NCBI GenBank assembly: GCA_038321985.1
Contig: JBBQFN010000027.1
Span: 9,325-73,324 of the forward strand
From: Cyanophyceae cyanobacterium
GTDB lineage: Bacteria; Cyanobacteriota; Cyanobacteriia; Cyanobacteriales; Laspinemataceae
DNA: 64,000 nt
Reading direction: 5' to 3'
The notes under the pieces were generated by a model, which saw nothing but the letters and a program-made list of their open reading frames with translations, was not told the origin of the DNA and made no database searches. Positions 53,507-63,396 of the stretch are shown here, in pieces; the first letter of the stretch is position 1, and every line of letters starts with the position of its first letter. The position numbers were made by a program, and so were the translations under genes.

Positions 53507-53779
53507 TTAGGGTCTTCTCGTCCGAGATGGGTACGACACCGAATGCCTGTACCTCCCGCTTCTTATAGGAATATTCGGCCTTGCTAGTAGCTGACTTAAT
53601 TGGGATTTAAAATCCTTGCTCCTCTCTAAATCTTGGGCCGCATTACTATGATACTCAACCTTTCCGATAGACTCCAAAGCTATAGCGGATGTCCCGAGGC
53701 AGTTACCTGCGTCAACATCACGGCCCAAGCCATAGGTACTCTGTCCGCTGATCGTAGAAAGGATGGGTAAAAAGTTCAC
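53507..53779 (-). CDS. Putative 90-aa leader peptide (Asr0855-like) within a structured leader RNA
   Basis: GTG 53779 to TAA 53507; ends RSGRYRHSVSYPSRTRRP; the upstream ATG 53824 lies in the predicted -10 box. Confidence 0.55.
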   Translation of the reverse strand: MNFLPILSTISGQSTYGLGRDVDAGNCLGTSAIALESIGKVEYHSNAAQDLERSKDFKSQLSQLLARPNIPIRSGRYRHSVSYPSRTRRP

Positions 53780-53804
53780 GGTTAGATAGTTTGAAAGCAA
53801 GGAC

Positions 53805-53852
53805 TTGAATTCTCCACCAAACATACTACACTAATATTACAGAGAATGTAAA
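53805..53852. promoter_or_regulatory. Overlapping divergent promoters with a TrcR-type operator
   Basis: ATACTACA (53823-30), 3 nt, ATATTACA (53834-41); minus strand TTTACA-18-TAGTAT; plus strand TTGAAT-16-TACACT. Confidence 0.75.
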
Positions 53853-53872
53853 CCCTCCAGAGGAAAAAAGTT

Positions 53873-54208
53873 ATGACCGCTATCACTCGAACACCAACTA
53901 CCGAAATGGAAGTGACCAGCATCCGTCTAGAGAGAGAACTCAAAGAAAGTCTCAAAGCGCTCTGTGGTAATCAAGGATATCAAGCATTGATTCGAGAGGT
54001 GCTCTGGAATTATGTCCAGCAGAAATCCGGCGATTATCTACCGTCATTTTCCCGAGACGATATTCGAGCCAGTTTAGATGCGATCGCACAACGAGAAGAA
54101 CGGTGCGTCCTCACGGGCAAAGTGATTCAGGCCCAAGAACCGATGTTATTAGGCTTAACCACAGGTGGAGATATGGTACCTTTAAGTATAGATAGTATGG
54201 TTGGATAG
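53873..54208 (+). CDS. trcR: Ribbon-helix-helix repressor, TrcR-like
   Basis: MEVTSIRLERELKESL...GYQALIREVLWNYV; operator shared with the tRNA-array promoter. Confidence 0.85.
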   Translation: MTAITRTPTTEMEVTSIRLERELKESLKALCGNQGYQALIREVLWNYVQQKSGDYLPSFSRDDIRASLDAIAQREERCVLTGKVIQAQEPMLLGLTTGGDMVPLSIDSMVG

Positions 54209-54913
54209 CCGAAACTCTCGCCCCCTGGAACTTTCTTGATTTTTCCTCTGATTGTCCGCTTTCTAAGGGGAGCAGGGGACAAGGAAAGCAGGGGGGCGAT
54301 CGCGTTTCGGTGACCGCCTGAAGTTACCATTGGGTTAATAATAAAAAAAATTTAATAGTTATATTAAATTTAATATAACTAACTAATTAATGTAGCCGCC
54401 CCGTCTGACGGGGTGTTATCGCTATTGGGTGCGCCGCTTATACTTCTCCATCTCTCCCCGGAACAAGCGCACAACAGCTTTTCGTTACAAGGGGTGGGAT
54501 CGCTGATGTTTCAGGTGAGGGGAGTGGAAAGACTCCCCACCGTCCAACATCCCCTGAGTTGGGGGAAGCGAGTAGGGGTACTGTGGGGCGATACCTTCGC
54601 TCCCAACCAGAAGATCCAGGTCAACCCAGTTGATTGAATTTTAAATCAATCAACTTTAAGGGCTTGACAAAAAACACTTTTAATGAAACTAAGAAAATTT
54701 GCGTTTTAATTACCCGACTTGGCTCTTCTTTTGTGAAGAGTCAATGTAAGTGCTCAATTATTGTAAAAAGTTTTGATAAAGGACGTTTAGGAGCCAAATA
54801 ATCGTACAAGTCAACTTTTATAGAATGACAAAACAAAAACTAGGTGACAGATTAAGACTGTTAAAGACATCAAACTGAAAAGCAAAACCACTCACAGGAG
54901 TCAAATACTAATA

Positions 54914-55429
54914 ATGCTAAAAAAACTAATCTCCCTTGGTGTTGTAGCCGGTGTAGCTTCCCTCGCCGTTCTCGACGCCAACCCAGCCACTGCTGCTTCT
55001 TTATCATTCCAGTTCTACCATAATACGTGGAATTCCTCCACACCTTATGGCTATGGAAACTTTGGAGGAGCTGACAATGACGCAGATGGTTTTCTGAGAT
55101 TGGACGAACTAACCTCCTTTTATTCCAATATAACTCGAGAAGGAAGAGAAGTATATTTGGATGATTTATTTGGTTTCGGAAGTTTTGACTTGAATGCCGC
55201 AGCGTGGAACCCTGACGGAAGTGGCTGGGGAATGCCTACTGGCTCTTACTTCAGCTGGAATGGAGGAGGTAATTCAGTAAACTTTGCCTGGGCTACTGTG
55301 GCGCATGATTACCAGCCCTCACCCCAAACCCCTGTGGACGTTCCCGAACCCGGTACGGTTGCTGCCTTAGCATTAATGGGTGCTAGCGGTTTGCTCACCA
55401 AGAGAAAGCTTTCAAAGTGTTCCGCATAG
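54914..55429 (+). CDS. PEP-CTERM sorting-domain protein
   Basis: Signal peptide (ATA); VPEPGT followed by a TM helix and KRK. Confidence 0.93.
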   Translation: MLKKLISLGVVAGVASLAVLDANPATAASLSFQFYHNTWNSSTPYGYGNFGGADNDADGFLRLDELTSFYSNITREGREVYLDDLFGFGSFDLNAAAWNPDGSGWGMPTGSYFSWNGGGNSVNFAWATVAHDYQPSPQTPVDVPEPGTVAALALMGASGLLTKRKLSKCSA

Positions 55430-55464
55430 GAAAGAAACTCTTCGATATCCTAGCTGACATCATT

Positions 55465-55498
55465 AAAAAAAGTCCCAGATCTAACTGGGATTTTTTTT
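55465..55498 (+). terminator. Intrinsic terminator
   Basis: AAAAAAAGTCCCAG-ATCTAA-CTGGGATTTTTTTT. Confidence 0.8.
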
Positions 55499-55763
55499 GC
55501 GCAGGTTTGGAGGGTCTATCCAGTGAAAGGGGGTCGCCGCAGTCATGCGGGGATGGTGATTTTGGTACTGCATTGGTTATGATAGAAATTATGTAAGTCC
55601 ATCAAGTGTTGGTGCATGAGCAGGAATTGCCCCACCAGTGGAGGCTTCGCCATTCAACGCTGGAAACCTTGTCGGGATGAAATCCCACATTATTGCCGTC
55701 GATCGCCTGCAACCGGGTGATAAATCGCTACATCGGCTGCCTTTGCTACCCACTAATCTTGAG

Positions 55764-57272
55764 ATGAAGAATATCGAATCTCTTATTCTGTTTGTTGATG
55801 TCTTAGTGAAAGAAAAAACGGGACAACCTCTCTCAGACACCCAACGGATCGTCTTGGCCGGATCTTTGCAGCATAAAACTTATCGCACTATCGCATTACA
55901 ACATAACTACAGTTCCGATTACGTCAGTCAAAACGTAGCTCCCAAGTTATGGACGTTGCTCGCTGATGTTCTGGAAGAACCCATTAATAAAAGCAATTGT
56001 CTCGCCATCCTGGCAGGACGAATGGCAAAAATGTATCGGGCAGATAGCCCTTTAATCGACATCATAAAGCGCAAAATTACAGTTTCAGAATTCTCTTTAA
56101 CGGCTTCGATTCATCAGCTAAACGGCATAGAGTTATTTGGAGAAAGTCCAAAAATTTTAGAGGCTTTAATTAAAAAAAAATTAGAAACCCGTTCTTTAAG
56201 AGGTTCACCATCTCATGCCTCTTACTCGGTAAATTCGCTGCCCAATTTAATCTCAGCACCCCATTTAGAATATCCGGAGACCAAAGTTTCTTTAAATTCT
56301 CGGTTTTATATCATGAGAAGATCCGATCGGCACTGTCATCAAGAACTTGCCAAACCTGGAGCTTACCTCCAGATTTCAGGGCCGAAAAAAATGGGAAAAA
56401 CTTCTCTACTAGAAAGAATTATCACCCATGCTATAGAAAATAACGATCGCGCAGTGCGGTTAAACTTACAGCAAGCAGGTAGCAGCGCTTTCACCTGTGG
56501 AGATAAATTTTTCCGATGGTTCTGCACCAGCATCACTCGGCAGCTTAAGCTAGAATCAAAGCTCAATGAGTATTGGGATGAAGATATTGGCAGTTTAGAA
56601 AGCTGCACCGATTATTTCCAAGAGTATATTTTGCCGCAGATCGACACAGTTTTGGTGTTGGCATTGGATGAGTGCGATCGCATTTTAGCCTATCCAGAAT
56701 TAGCTTGTGACTTTTTCGGATTACTGTGCTACTGGTATGAGGAAAGTCAGGATAGCACCCTTTGGCAAAAACTGCGATTGGCGATGGTTAAGTCCCGGCA
56801 ATGCTATGTAGAAATTGCTGGCACTGTTGACTCATTGAATATCGGAAGGCCAATTGAGTTATTGCCCTTTACAGCAGAGGAAGTGGACGAGTTGGCAGTA
56901 CGACATGGACTTGAGTTTTCCTCTAGACAAATTGAGGAATTGATGCATCTGCTGGGAGGTCATCCCTATTTAGTCCGACTGGCTTTCTATTCGATCGCCA
57001 CTCAAGCAATTTCTCTAGAATCGTTAATAGAAACAGCGGCGACAGAGACAGGGATTTATCGGGAACACCTGCACGAACAGTTGAGATCCATTCAAAAGCA
57101 TTCCCAGTTGGTAGGAGCGTTTCGGCAGGTGTTGCACGAAGAGTTTCCGGGGAAAGGAACACGGTTAGAACTGTTAAAATTACAAGAACTGGGTTTAGTC
57201 CGGATAGAAAATCATCGGATGAAAGTCAGTTGCGGTGTATATGCGCAATATTTTAGTGAGGCGTTGCTATAG
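55764..57272 (+). CDS. AAA_35-like (STAND-type) ATPase with N-terminal HTH-like module
   Basis: GPKKMGKTS Walker A, LALDECD Walker B, GGHPYLVR; N-terminal APKLWTLLA; likely ATG 55764. Confidence 0.88.
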   Translation: MKNIESLILFVDVLVKEKTGQPLSDTQRIVLAGSLQHKTYRTIALQHNYSSDYVSQNVAPKLWTLLADVLEEPINKSNCLAILAGRMAKMYRADSPLIDIIKRKITVSEFSLTASIHQLNGIELFGESPKILEALIKKKLETRSLRGSPSHASYSVNSLPNLISAPHLEYPETKVSLNSRFYIMRRSDRHCHQELAKPGAYLQISGPKKMGKTSLLERIITHAIENNDRAVRLNLQQAGSSAFTCGDKFFRWFCTSITRQLKLESKLNEYWDEDIGSLESCTDYFQEYILPQIDTVLVLALDECDRILAYPELACDFFGLLCYWYEESQDSTLWQKLRLAMVKSRQCYVEIAGTVDSLNIGRPIELLPFTAEEVDELAVRHGLEFSSRQIEELMHLLGGHPYLVRLAFYSIATQAISLESLIETAATETGIYREHLHEQLRSIQKHSQLVGAFRQVLHEEFPGKGTRLELLKLQELGLVRIENHRMKVSCGVYAQYFSEALL

Positions 57273-57371
57273 GGTGACTCAATCAGTGGTGTAATTAAGA
57301 AGGGAGTGAGTGCACTTCGCCCTTCGCACCCACTTAAAAAATTGAGCCATCGCGCCAACTATTCCCCCACC

Positions 57372-57822
57372 TTATTCCAGTCGCCGATAATTTTCCCAGG
57401 CTTCTGCGATCAGTCGGGGGGCTGTTTCTCCGGGAATTTTTAGGGCTTGGGCGAGTTTATCCAAATAAACCGACTCTTCTGGCGTCACCTTCCCATCAAC
57501 AATCGCAAAAGTGGCAGCTACCGCAAAAGCATCTTCCACCATATCATCGGGGAGGGCTTCAATGGCGGCATTAAACAAGGCTGAAGTCCCTTGACGGTCC
57601 CAAGTTCTATCAACTTTAGCCGAAATTTTGTAGATATCTTCTTCTACATAGCCTTTACATCGCGCCACTTGCCATCAACTCATGGAGTAACTCCGATTGT
57701 TGTTCAGACATTTGACCATCGGCATAAACCACAATCAACGTAATGGCAAACAACGCTTCTACCGGCGTGAGTTTTTCCGTTGATTTCGCATACGTTTTGA
57801 ACAGTTTGTCATACTTGCTCAT
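57372..57822 (-). pseudogene. TerB-family gene split by a frameshift near 57660
   Basis: N-half MSKYDKLF...YADGQMS stops at 57655; C-half VDGKVTPEE..L..LAQAL is in another frame. Confidence 0.75.
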
Positions 57823-57861
57823 TGTATCCCCCTCTTGCGGACTCTCCAAGGTGAAACGAAT

Positions 57862-58956
57862 CTACTGCATTCCCGGCAATATCTGACGAATCAGATCGGA
57901 AGTCACGCGATCGCTCACTGTTGCTGCACCGATTTGCGTCGGTAACACAAACCGCACTTGTCCATCTTTGACTTTCTTATCGGTTTGCAGGGTGTCAATA
58001 ATTTCCTCCATATTCAATCCTTGCGGTAGTTTCGTCGGCAACCCTGCTTTTTCTATCAAGGCAAACTGACGGCGATCGCACTCGTGATCCCACAGTCCCA
58101 ACGCCACCGCTAACCGCGACGCCGCTACCATCCCGATTGCCACCGCTTCTCCGTGGTTGGTTCCCTTATAGTGGGTCAAACTTTCCACCGCATGACCAAT
58201 CGTGTGACCATAGTTTAGAATCGCCCGCAATCCCGCTTCTTTTTCGTCTTTTCCTACCACATCCGCCTTACTTTGGCAAGAGCGGGCTAGAATTTCTTCC
58301 AAAAATCCGCTATCCACATAGCGCAACTGATCCAAACGTTTTGCCTGTTCCATTTGGGCGAATAATTCCGCGTCCCAAATCACCCCATATTTAATCACCT
58401 CGGCCATTCCTGCCCGAAATTCCCGGACTGGCAGGGTTTTTAGCACATCAGGGTCGATCGCCACTAACTTCGGTTGATAAAACGCCCCAATCAGATTTTT
58501 CCCCTGGGGATGATTGACTCCGGTTTTACCGCCAATCGAAGCATCCACCATTGCTAACAGGGTGGTGGGAACTTGGACAAAATTAATCCCGCGCAGCCAA
58601 GTCGCTGCCGCAAATCCGGTCATATCCCCTACGACGCCACCGCCTAAAGCGACCAGGGTTGAGGACCGTTCTAGGCGCTGTTCGAGGGCCGCATCGTAAA
58701 TTTTTTGGATGGATCGGAGGGTTTTGTATTGTTCTCCTGCCATCAGAATACAGGTAGAGACCTCAAATCCGGCTGCGGTTAAAGAGGATCGCAGGCGATC
58801 GCCATACCGTCGATCAACCACCGGGTTGGAAACCATTAATACTTTTTTACCCAGCTTCAGCGGCTGCATCTGCGCCCCGAGTTCATCTAAGGATTGAGGG
58901 GCGATCGCGATATCGTAAGAGTCCTGGGGGAGATTGACACGGATAACAGACGGCAT
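57862..58956 (-). CDS. aroB: 3-dehydroquinate synthase
   Basis: [46 protein letters not shown]. Confidence 0.98.
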   Translation of the reverse strand: MPSVIRVNLPQDSYDIAIAPQSLDELGAQMQPLKLGKKVLMVSNPVVDRRYGDRLRSSLTAAGFEVSTCILMAGEQYKTLRSIQKIYDAALEQRLERSSTLVALGGGVVGDMTGFAAATWLRGINFVQVPTTLLAMVDASIGGKTGVNHPQGKNLIGAFYQPKLVAIDPDVLKTLPVREFRAGMAEVIKYGVIWDAELFAQMEQAKRLDQLRYVDSGFLEEILARSCQSKADVVGKDEKEAGLRAILNYGHTIGHAVESLTHYKGTNHGEAVAIGMVAASRLAVALGLWDHECDRRQFALIEKAGLPTKLPQGLNMEEIIDTLQTDKKVKDGQVRFVLPTQIGAATVSDRVTSDLIRQILPGMQ

Positions 58957-59050
58957 GGTAAACAACCCATTCACTAAACCTAGAGGGCTGTATTGTATCG
59001 CAAGGCATGATTCAATGGTGGGTAGCGATTTTAAATGGAGATACTTCCCA

Positions 59051-59146
59051 ATGTCTGGAGTCCTTGCTTACGCTTTGATTGTCGGTGGAGCCTTCGTGAC
59101 TGCTGTAGTGCTGATGTTTGGATTGCGTGCTGTCAAGCTGATCTAA
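59051..59146 (+). CDS. petL: Cytochrome b6f subunit PetL
   Basis: [37 protein letters not shown]; divergent from aroB. Confidence 0.92.
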   Translation: MSGVLAYALIVGGAFVTAVVLMFGLRAVKLI

Positions 59147-59509
59147 ACCGATTGGGGAGTGCATTTAACCTCCCCTTCCAGTCTCTCGATTGGGAAAGAC
59201 CCGATCACCCGCTACAGCGGGTTTTTTTGTGGTCGCCACTGGGGTGCATTTTGGATCACGGAAAGATTAAATTGGCCCGGATGGATCAGGGGGAAGATTG
59301 CAGGTATTAAGAATAAAGAAAAAATAAAGATGCAATTACCCGAGCTCCGTATTTTCGCGCAGAGCTTATGAGTTGGCACTTTGAAGCAGGCACTTCGTCT
59401 GATTAGAGTGGGTAAAAAGGTTAAGTGTGCATCAATTTTCTTTTATTTATGCAAGTCATTAGGGGTGCAGTTACCTCTTTTTTCTTCCTCTACAATCCAT
59501 ACCGGCCCC

Positions 59510-60847
59510 ATGAATCTTTCCTTGATTAACCCTTTTCGATTATCAGGCCTGAGCGTACCGCTTTGGTTTTTTGGCTTCGTCCCCTATAAATTAGGCGAAG
59601 CGCTATTGATTACCTTGCTGCCTTTATTTATCGTTCAAACTGTCAATGGCAGCGTGACGGATGTCGGACGAGTCCATTCCCTGACTTCCCTGGCAGGTGT
59701 CCTCGCCTTTATTGTCTGGGGTAACCTTTCCGATCGCTTAAAACTACGCCGTCCCTTCTTAATGGTGGGATTTTTTGGTTTTGCCGTCTGTACCGGACTT
59801 ACGGCGATCGCCCAAGGCATCGAACAAGTCATGCTATTTTGCACCTTGGGGGCATTTTTAATGGCCGCCATTACCCCAGTAGCCTCTGCCCTCGTCTTAG
59901 ATGGTAACCCCGAAGACCGCTGGGCCACTGCCTTTGGCCGATTTTATCAGATTTCTGGGTGGAGTTTTGTCGGGGGCGTCCTTTTCGGTGCCACTTGGTT
60001 AGCATTCATCCCCACCCACTTAACGGGTATCGGAATGCGATCGCTTTTACTCTTTGCCAGTTGTGCGGCTACAATCAGCTTGATTTTGTGCTGGCAATGG
60101 GTAAAAGAACCTCAAAAGAGTTTAGAAAAACGCCAGTATAACAAGCAGTTGCATCAGGTTCTCTCAGTCGCCGTCATTGAAAGACGGGCGATGTTTTATC
60201 CCTCGCGAATGCTTTATTTCATTTTGCATCCGTCATGGCAGGTTAACTTTCTTGAGCAACTCTCCCGTCCCCTACTGCTTTATTATGCTTGTGCTGCGGT
60301 CTTTTTCTTTGCTGTTAATGTCGTGTTTGTTCCCTTTCCAATTTTTCTAACGACCCATTTAGGCGCAACCAATACCCAAGTCTTACTGATCACTCTGGGC
60401 AAAGCAGCGATCGAGGCTTTCTTTTACTTACCCATGGCACAGTTTGTCCAAAAACGACAAGGGGTTCAGCTACAAGCCTGGGCTACAGCTTTGCGAATAG
60501 TAGTTTTCTTGATTTTCACCCTAGTTGCGGTGATGCCCGTCAGTTCCTTAAGTTTACCCATCGTGGGGATAGCGCACCTTCTCACCGGCTTAAGTTGGGC
60601 TGCAATTAGCATTTCTAGCACTACTATCGTAGCGACTCTTTCTCCCAAAGGTCAAGAAGGAATGGCAATGGGGTTTTATAATTCCCTAATTGGAGTTGCC
60701 ACTATTATTGGCAGTCTTGTTGGGGGAATGATGGCGGCTTCTTTCGGTTACAGCGCTTGTTTCGCGACGGGTGCCGTATTGATGGGGTTAACCGCAGCCC
60801 GGTTATTTTGGATAGGGAGAATGCCCAAACTGATGTTCCAGAGATAG
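59510..60847 (+). CDS. MFS transporter
   Basis: WGNLSDRLKLRRP motif A; about 12 TM helices; likely ATG 59510. Confidence 0.92.
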   Translation: MNLSLINPFRLSGLSVPLWFFGFVPYKLGEALLITLLPLFIVQTVNGSVTDVGRVHSLTSLAGVLAFIVWGNLSDRLKLRRPFLMVGFFGFAVCTGLTAIAQGIEQVMLFCTLGAFLMAAITPVASALVLDGNPEDRWATAFGRFYQISGWSFVGGVLFGATWLAFIPTHLTGIGMRSLLLFASCAATISLILCWQWVKEPQKSLEKRQYNKQLHQVLSVAVIERRAMFYPSRMLYFILHPSWQVNFLEQLSRPLLLYYACAAVFFFAVNVVFVPFPIFLTTHLGATNTQVLLITLGKAAIEAFFYLPMAQFVQKRQGVQLQAWATALRIVVFLIFTLVAVMPVSSLSLPIVGIAHLLTGLSWAAISISSTTIVATLSPKGQEGMAMGFYNSLIGVATIIGSLVGGMMAASFGYSACFATGAVLMGLTAARLFWIGRMPKLMFQR

Positions 60848-60878
60848 GTAACCGCAATCAAGTTGGCATTCCCGCTAT

Positions 60879-61808
60879 TTATTCTGACTGATTCCCTGAT
60901 TTCGGTTGTTGTTTGGAGGCCAAAAACTCTCGTACTACTTCATTGAAAGGGCGAAATTTACCATCAACTTGATAATTCATCCGTTGCATTTCTTCTTCGG
61001 AAATTAACCCAGCAAGTTGCGCGATCGCATTCTCTAATGCGGGATATTTTTCTAAGGTTTCACTTCGGACAATGGGGACCGCTTGATAGGGCGGAAAATA
61101 ATTTTTATCATCTTCTAACACAACTAACCCCAGTTTGTCAATTAATCCGCTGGTAGAATCTCCCGCAATTAAATCGACTTTCTTATAAACTAATGCCCGA
61201 TACATTAATCCTAAATCCATCACTTCTGGCGGTTTAGCAAAGCTTAACGCGTAGGTTTCAGCCAAGCCCGGAAAGCCATCTTCCCGACTCATAAATTCAT
61301 AGCCAAATCCCGCTTGCCATTGGGGAGCATATTCAGCTACATCGGAGAGGGTTTTCAGATTAAAGCGTCGCGCATCTTCTCCCCGGACCATAATAGCAAA
61401 GGTATTATTAAAGCCTAATGGAGCCATTACAGTTAGGTTAAATTGGTCTTGATAGGCTTGTTTAACTTCCTGATAGACGGTTTCAGCGGCGGTGATAGGA
61501 GGCTGTTTTAAAATTGCCGTAAAAGCAGTGCCAGTATATTCGATATAGGCATCGATTTGTCCGGTTTTGAGTCCGTCATGACAGAGGAAAGTACCCCCTA
61601 AATTTAACTGGCGATCGACCTTTAAATCGGTTTGGGATTCAATCTGTTGGGCGAGGAGTTCCCCGAGAATATTTTGCTCCGTGAAATTTTTAGAGCAAAT
61701 TACAATATCGCCTTTTCTGCTGGGGCTAGAAGTTTCAGTTTGGCAAGCGGAGACTGCCCCTAAAGTTACCGTGAAAATCGCTAATAAAACAAATTTTTGG
61801 GCGTTCAT
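60879..61808 (-). CDS. Osmoprotectant ABC transporter substrate-binding lipoprotein
   Basis: Lipobox VSAC; SKNFTEQ, EYTGT, FPPY. Confidence 0.95.
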   Translation of the reverse strand: MNAQKFVLLAIFTVTLGAVSACQTETSSPSRKGDIVICSKNFTEQNILGELLAQQIESQTDLKVDRQLNLGGTFLCHDGLKTGQIDAYIEYTGTAFTAILKQPPITAAETVYQEVKQAYQDQFNLTVMAPLGFNNTFAIMVRGEDARRFNLKTLSDVAEYAPQWQAGFGYEFMSREDGFPGLAETYALSFAKPPEVMDLGLMYRALVYKKVDLIAGDSTSGLIDKLGLVVLEDDKNYFPPYQAVPIVRSETLEKYPALENAIAQLAGLISEEEMQRMNYQVDGKFRPFNEVVREFLASKQQPKSGNQSE

Positions 61809-62437
61809 TTTTTCACCGTTAATTGATGTTCAAGCCAACCGATCGCCACATCAGCAATTAAGGCGATCGCAGCGGCGGGAACTGCACCGGCTAAAATGAG
61901 CTGATTATTCACCATGGAAATTCCTTGAAAAATCAACGCCCCCAATCCTCCCGCACCGATCGCAGCCGCAATGGTTGCTGTCCCTACGGAGATTGCTGTC
62001 GAGACCCGCACTCCGGCCAAAATTACCCCCATTGCCAGGGGAATCTCGACTTGGGATAGCAATTGCCAATCGGTCATCCCCATTCCCCTTCCCGCCTCTC
62101 GAATGGCAGGGTCTACGCCAATAATGCCAGTATAGGTATTGCGAATAATCGGTAATAAAGCATATAAAGTTAGGGCAAATATTGCCGGAACTGCCCCAAT
62201 TCCCCCAATCACTGGCACGGAAATTAAAAAACCAAATAAGGCTAAACTGGGGACAGTTTGTAGGATATTGGCAATACTGAGAATGCCCGAGGAAAGGTTA
62301 GGTTTTCGGGTAATCAGAATACCCAGGGGAATGCCGACTGCAGTAGCAATGGTAATGGCGATCGCGACTAAAAATAAATGTTCGCCACTGCGACGTAAAA
62401 TTTCTTCGCTATATCGAATTAGAAAAAATTCATCCAT
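61805..62437 (-). CDS. Osmoprotectant ABC transporter permease
   Basis: QTVPSLAL, EAGRGMGMT, GAGGLG. Confidence 0.95.
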   Translation of the reverse strand: MDEFFLIRYSEEILRRSGEHLFLVAIAITIATAVGIPLGILITRKPNLSSGILSIANILQTVPSLALFGFLISVPVIGGIGAVPAIFALTLYALLPIIRNTYTGIIGVDPAIREAGRGMGMTDWQLLSQVEIPLAMGVILAGVRVSTAISVGTATIAAAIGAGGLGALIFQGISMVNNQLILAGAVPAAAIALIADVAIGWLEHQLTVKK

Positions 62438-62589
62438 GATTAAGGCGGGCGAGTTAACGAGGGTTGATTTCTAGCATTATCCTCTTGGGCGTCGGTACGG
62501 TAGCAGTTAAAAACCTGATTTTTTTACAAAAGATAATGACAATTAGCCGCAAATCTGGGCCAGAAACTTGCTTTCTTGTCCCTTACTGC

Positions 62590-63396
62590 TCATTCCCGAG
62601 TTGGAGTGGGCAAACACCGGATAAAGGCTTGAGCTTCTGGATGTTCTGAGTTTAAAAATTCAGTGGGAGTCCCTAACATCACCATTTTGCCATCTTGCAT
62701 CAATCCGATGCGGGTTGCCAAGCGCAATGCTTCATGAATGTCATGGGTTACAAAAATGACCGTTTTGCCGAGTTGCTGTTGCAGGCGTCGAAATTCCTGT
62801 TGCAGTTCCAGACGGGTAATCGGATCCACTGCCCCAAAGGGTTCATCCATTAACAAGACTGGAGGGTCCGCCGCCAGGGCTCGGGCGACACCAACACGCT
62901 GACGTTGCCCCCCGGAAAGTTGGTGAGGATAGCGGTTGAGGAAGTGCTGAGGTTCTAAACCCACCATTTCCAGCAGTTCGGTGACTCGCTTGCCGATGCG
63001 ATCGCGGTCCCAGCCTTGAAGGGAGGGGACGAGGCCCACATTTTTAGCAACAGTGAAATGAGGAAATAAGCCGATGTCCTGAATTACATATCCCATGCGT
63101 CGCCGCAACTGAATCGGGTCCCACTGAGTCGTGGGTTTACCCTCGACGAGGACCTCGCCACTGCTGGGAATTCGGAGGCAATCAATCAGGGCGATCGTGG
63201 TGCTTTTGCCGCTGCCACTCCGTCCGATTAGGACTAACGCTTCACCACGCTTGACTTTAAAATTCAAATTAGAGACTAAATTTCGGTGATTCACCCGAAA
63301 GGTAACATCACAAAATTCTACAACTGAATCGTTTAGGGAGTCGTTTACTGAATCGTTGATAGGGGAGTTTTCTAAGGACATAGATCGGCGGATCAA
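62590..63396 (-). CDS. Osmoprotectant ABC transporter ATPase
   Basis: GRSGSGKS, LSGGQRQR, LLMDEPF. Confidence 0.95.
   Translation of the reverse strand: MIRRSMSLENSPINDSVNDSLNDSVVEFCDVTFRVNHRNLVSNLNFKVKRGEALVLIGRSGSGKSTTIALIDCLRIPSSGEVLVEGKPTTQWDPIQLRRRMGYVIQDIGLFPHFTVAKNVGLVPSLQGWDRDRIGKRVTELLEMVGLEPQHFLNRYPHQLSGGQRQRVGVARALAADPPVLLMDEPFGAVDPITRLELQQEFRRLQQQLGKTVIFVTHDIHEALRLATRIGLMQDGKMVMLGTPTEFLNSEHPEAQAFIRCLPTPTRE

Noticed and set aside
53507..53779. Leader ORF as an all-codon sensor
   Set aside because: 48 distinct codons in 90 is about what uniform random usage gives, so no special design can be claimed.
52887..53820. HNH plus upstream RNA as an IscB/omega-RNA (HEARO) system
   Set aside because: The protein is 182 aa with no PLMP or RuvC motifs, and no IS200/605 ends are visible.
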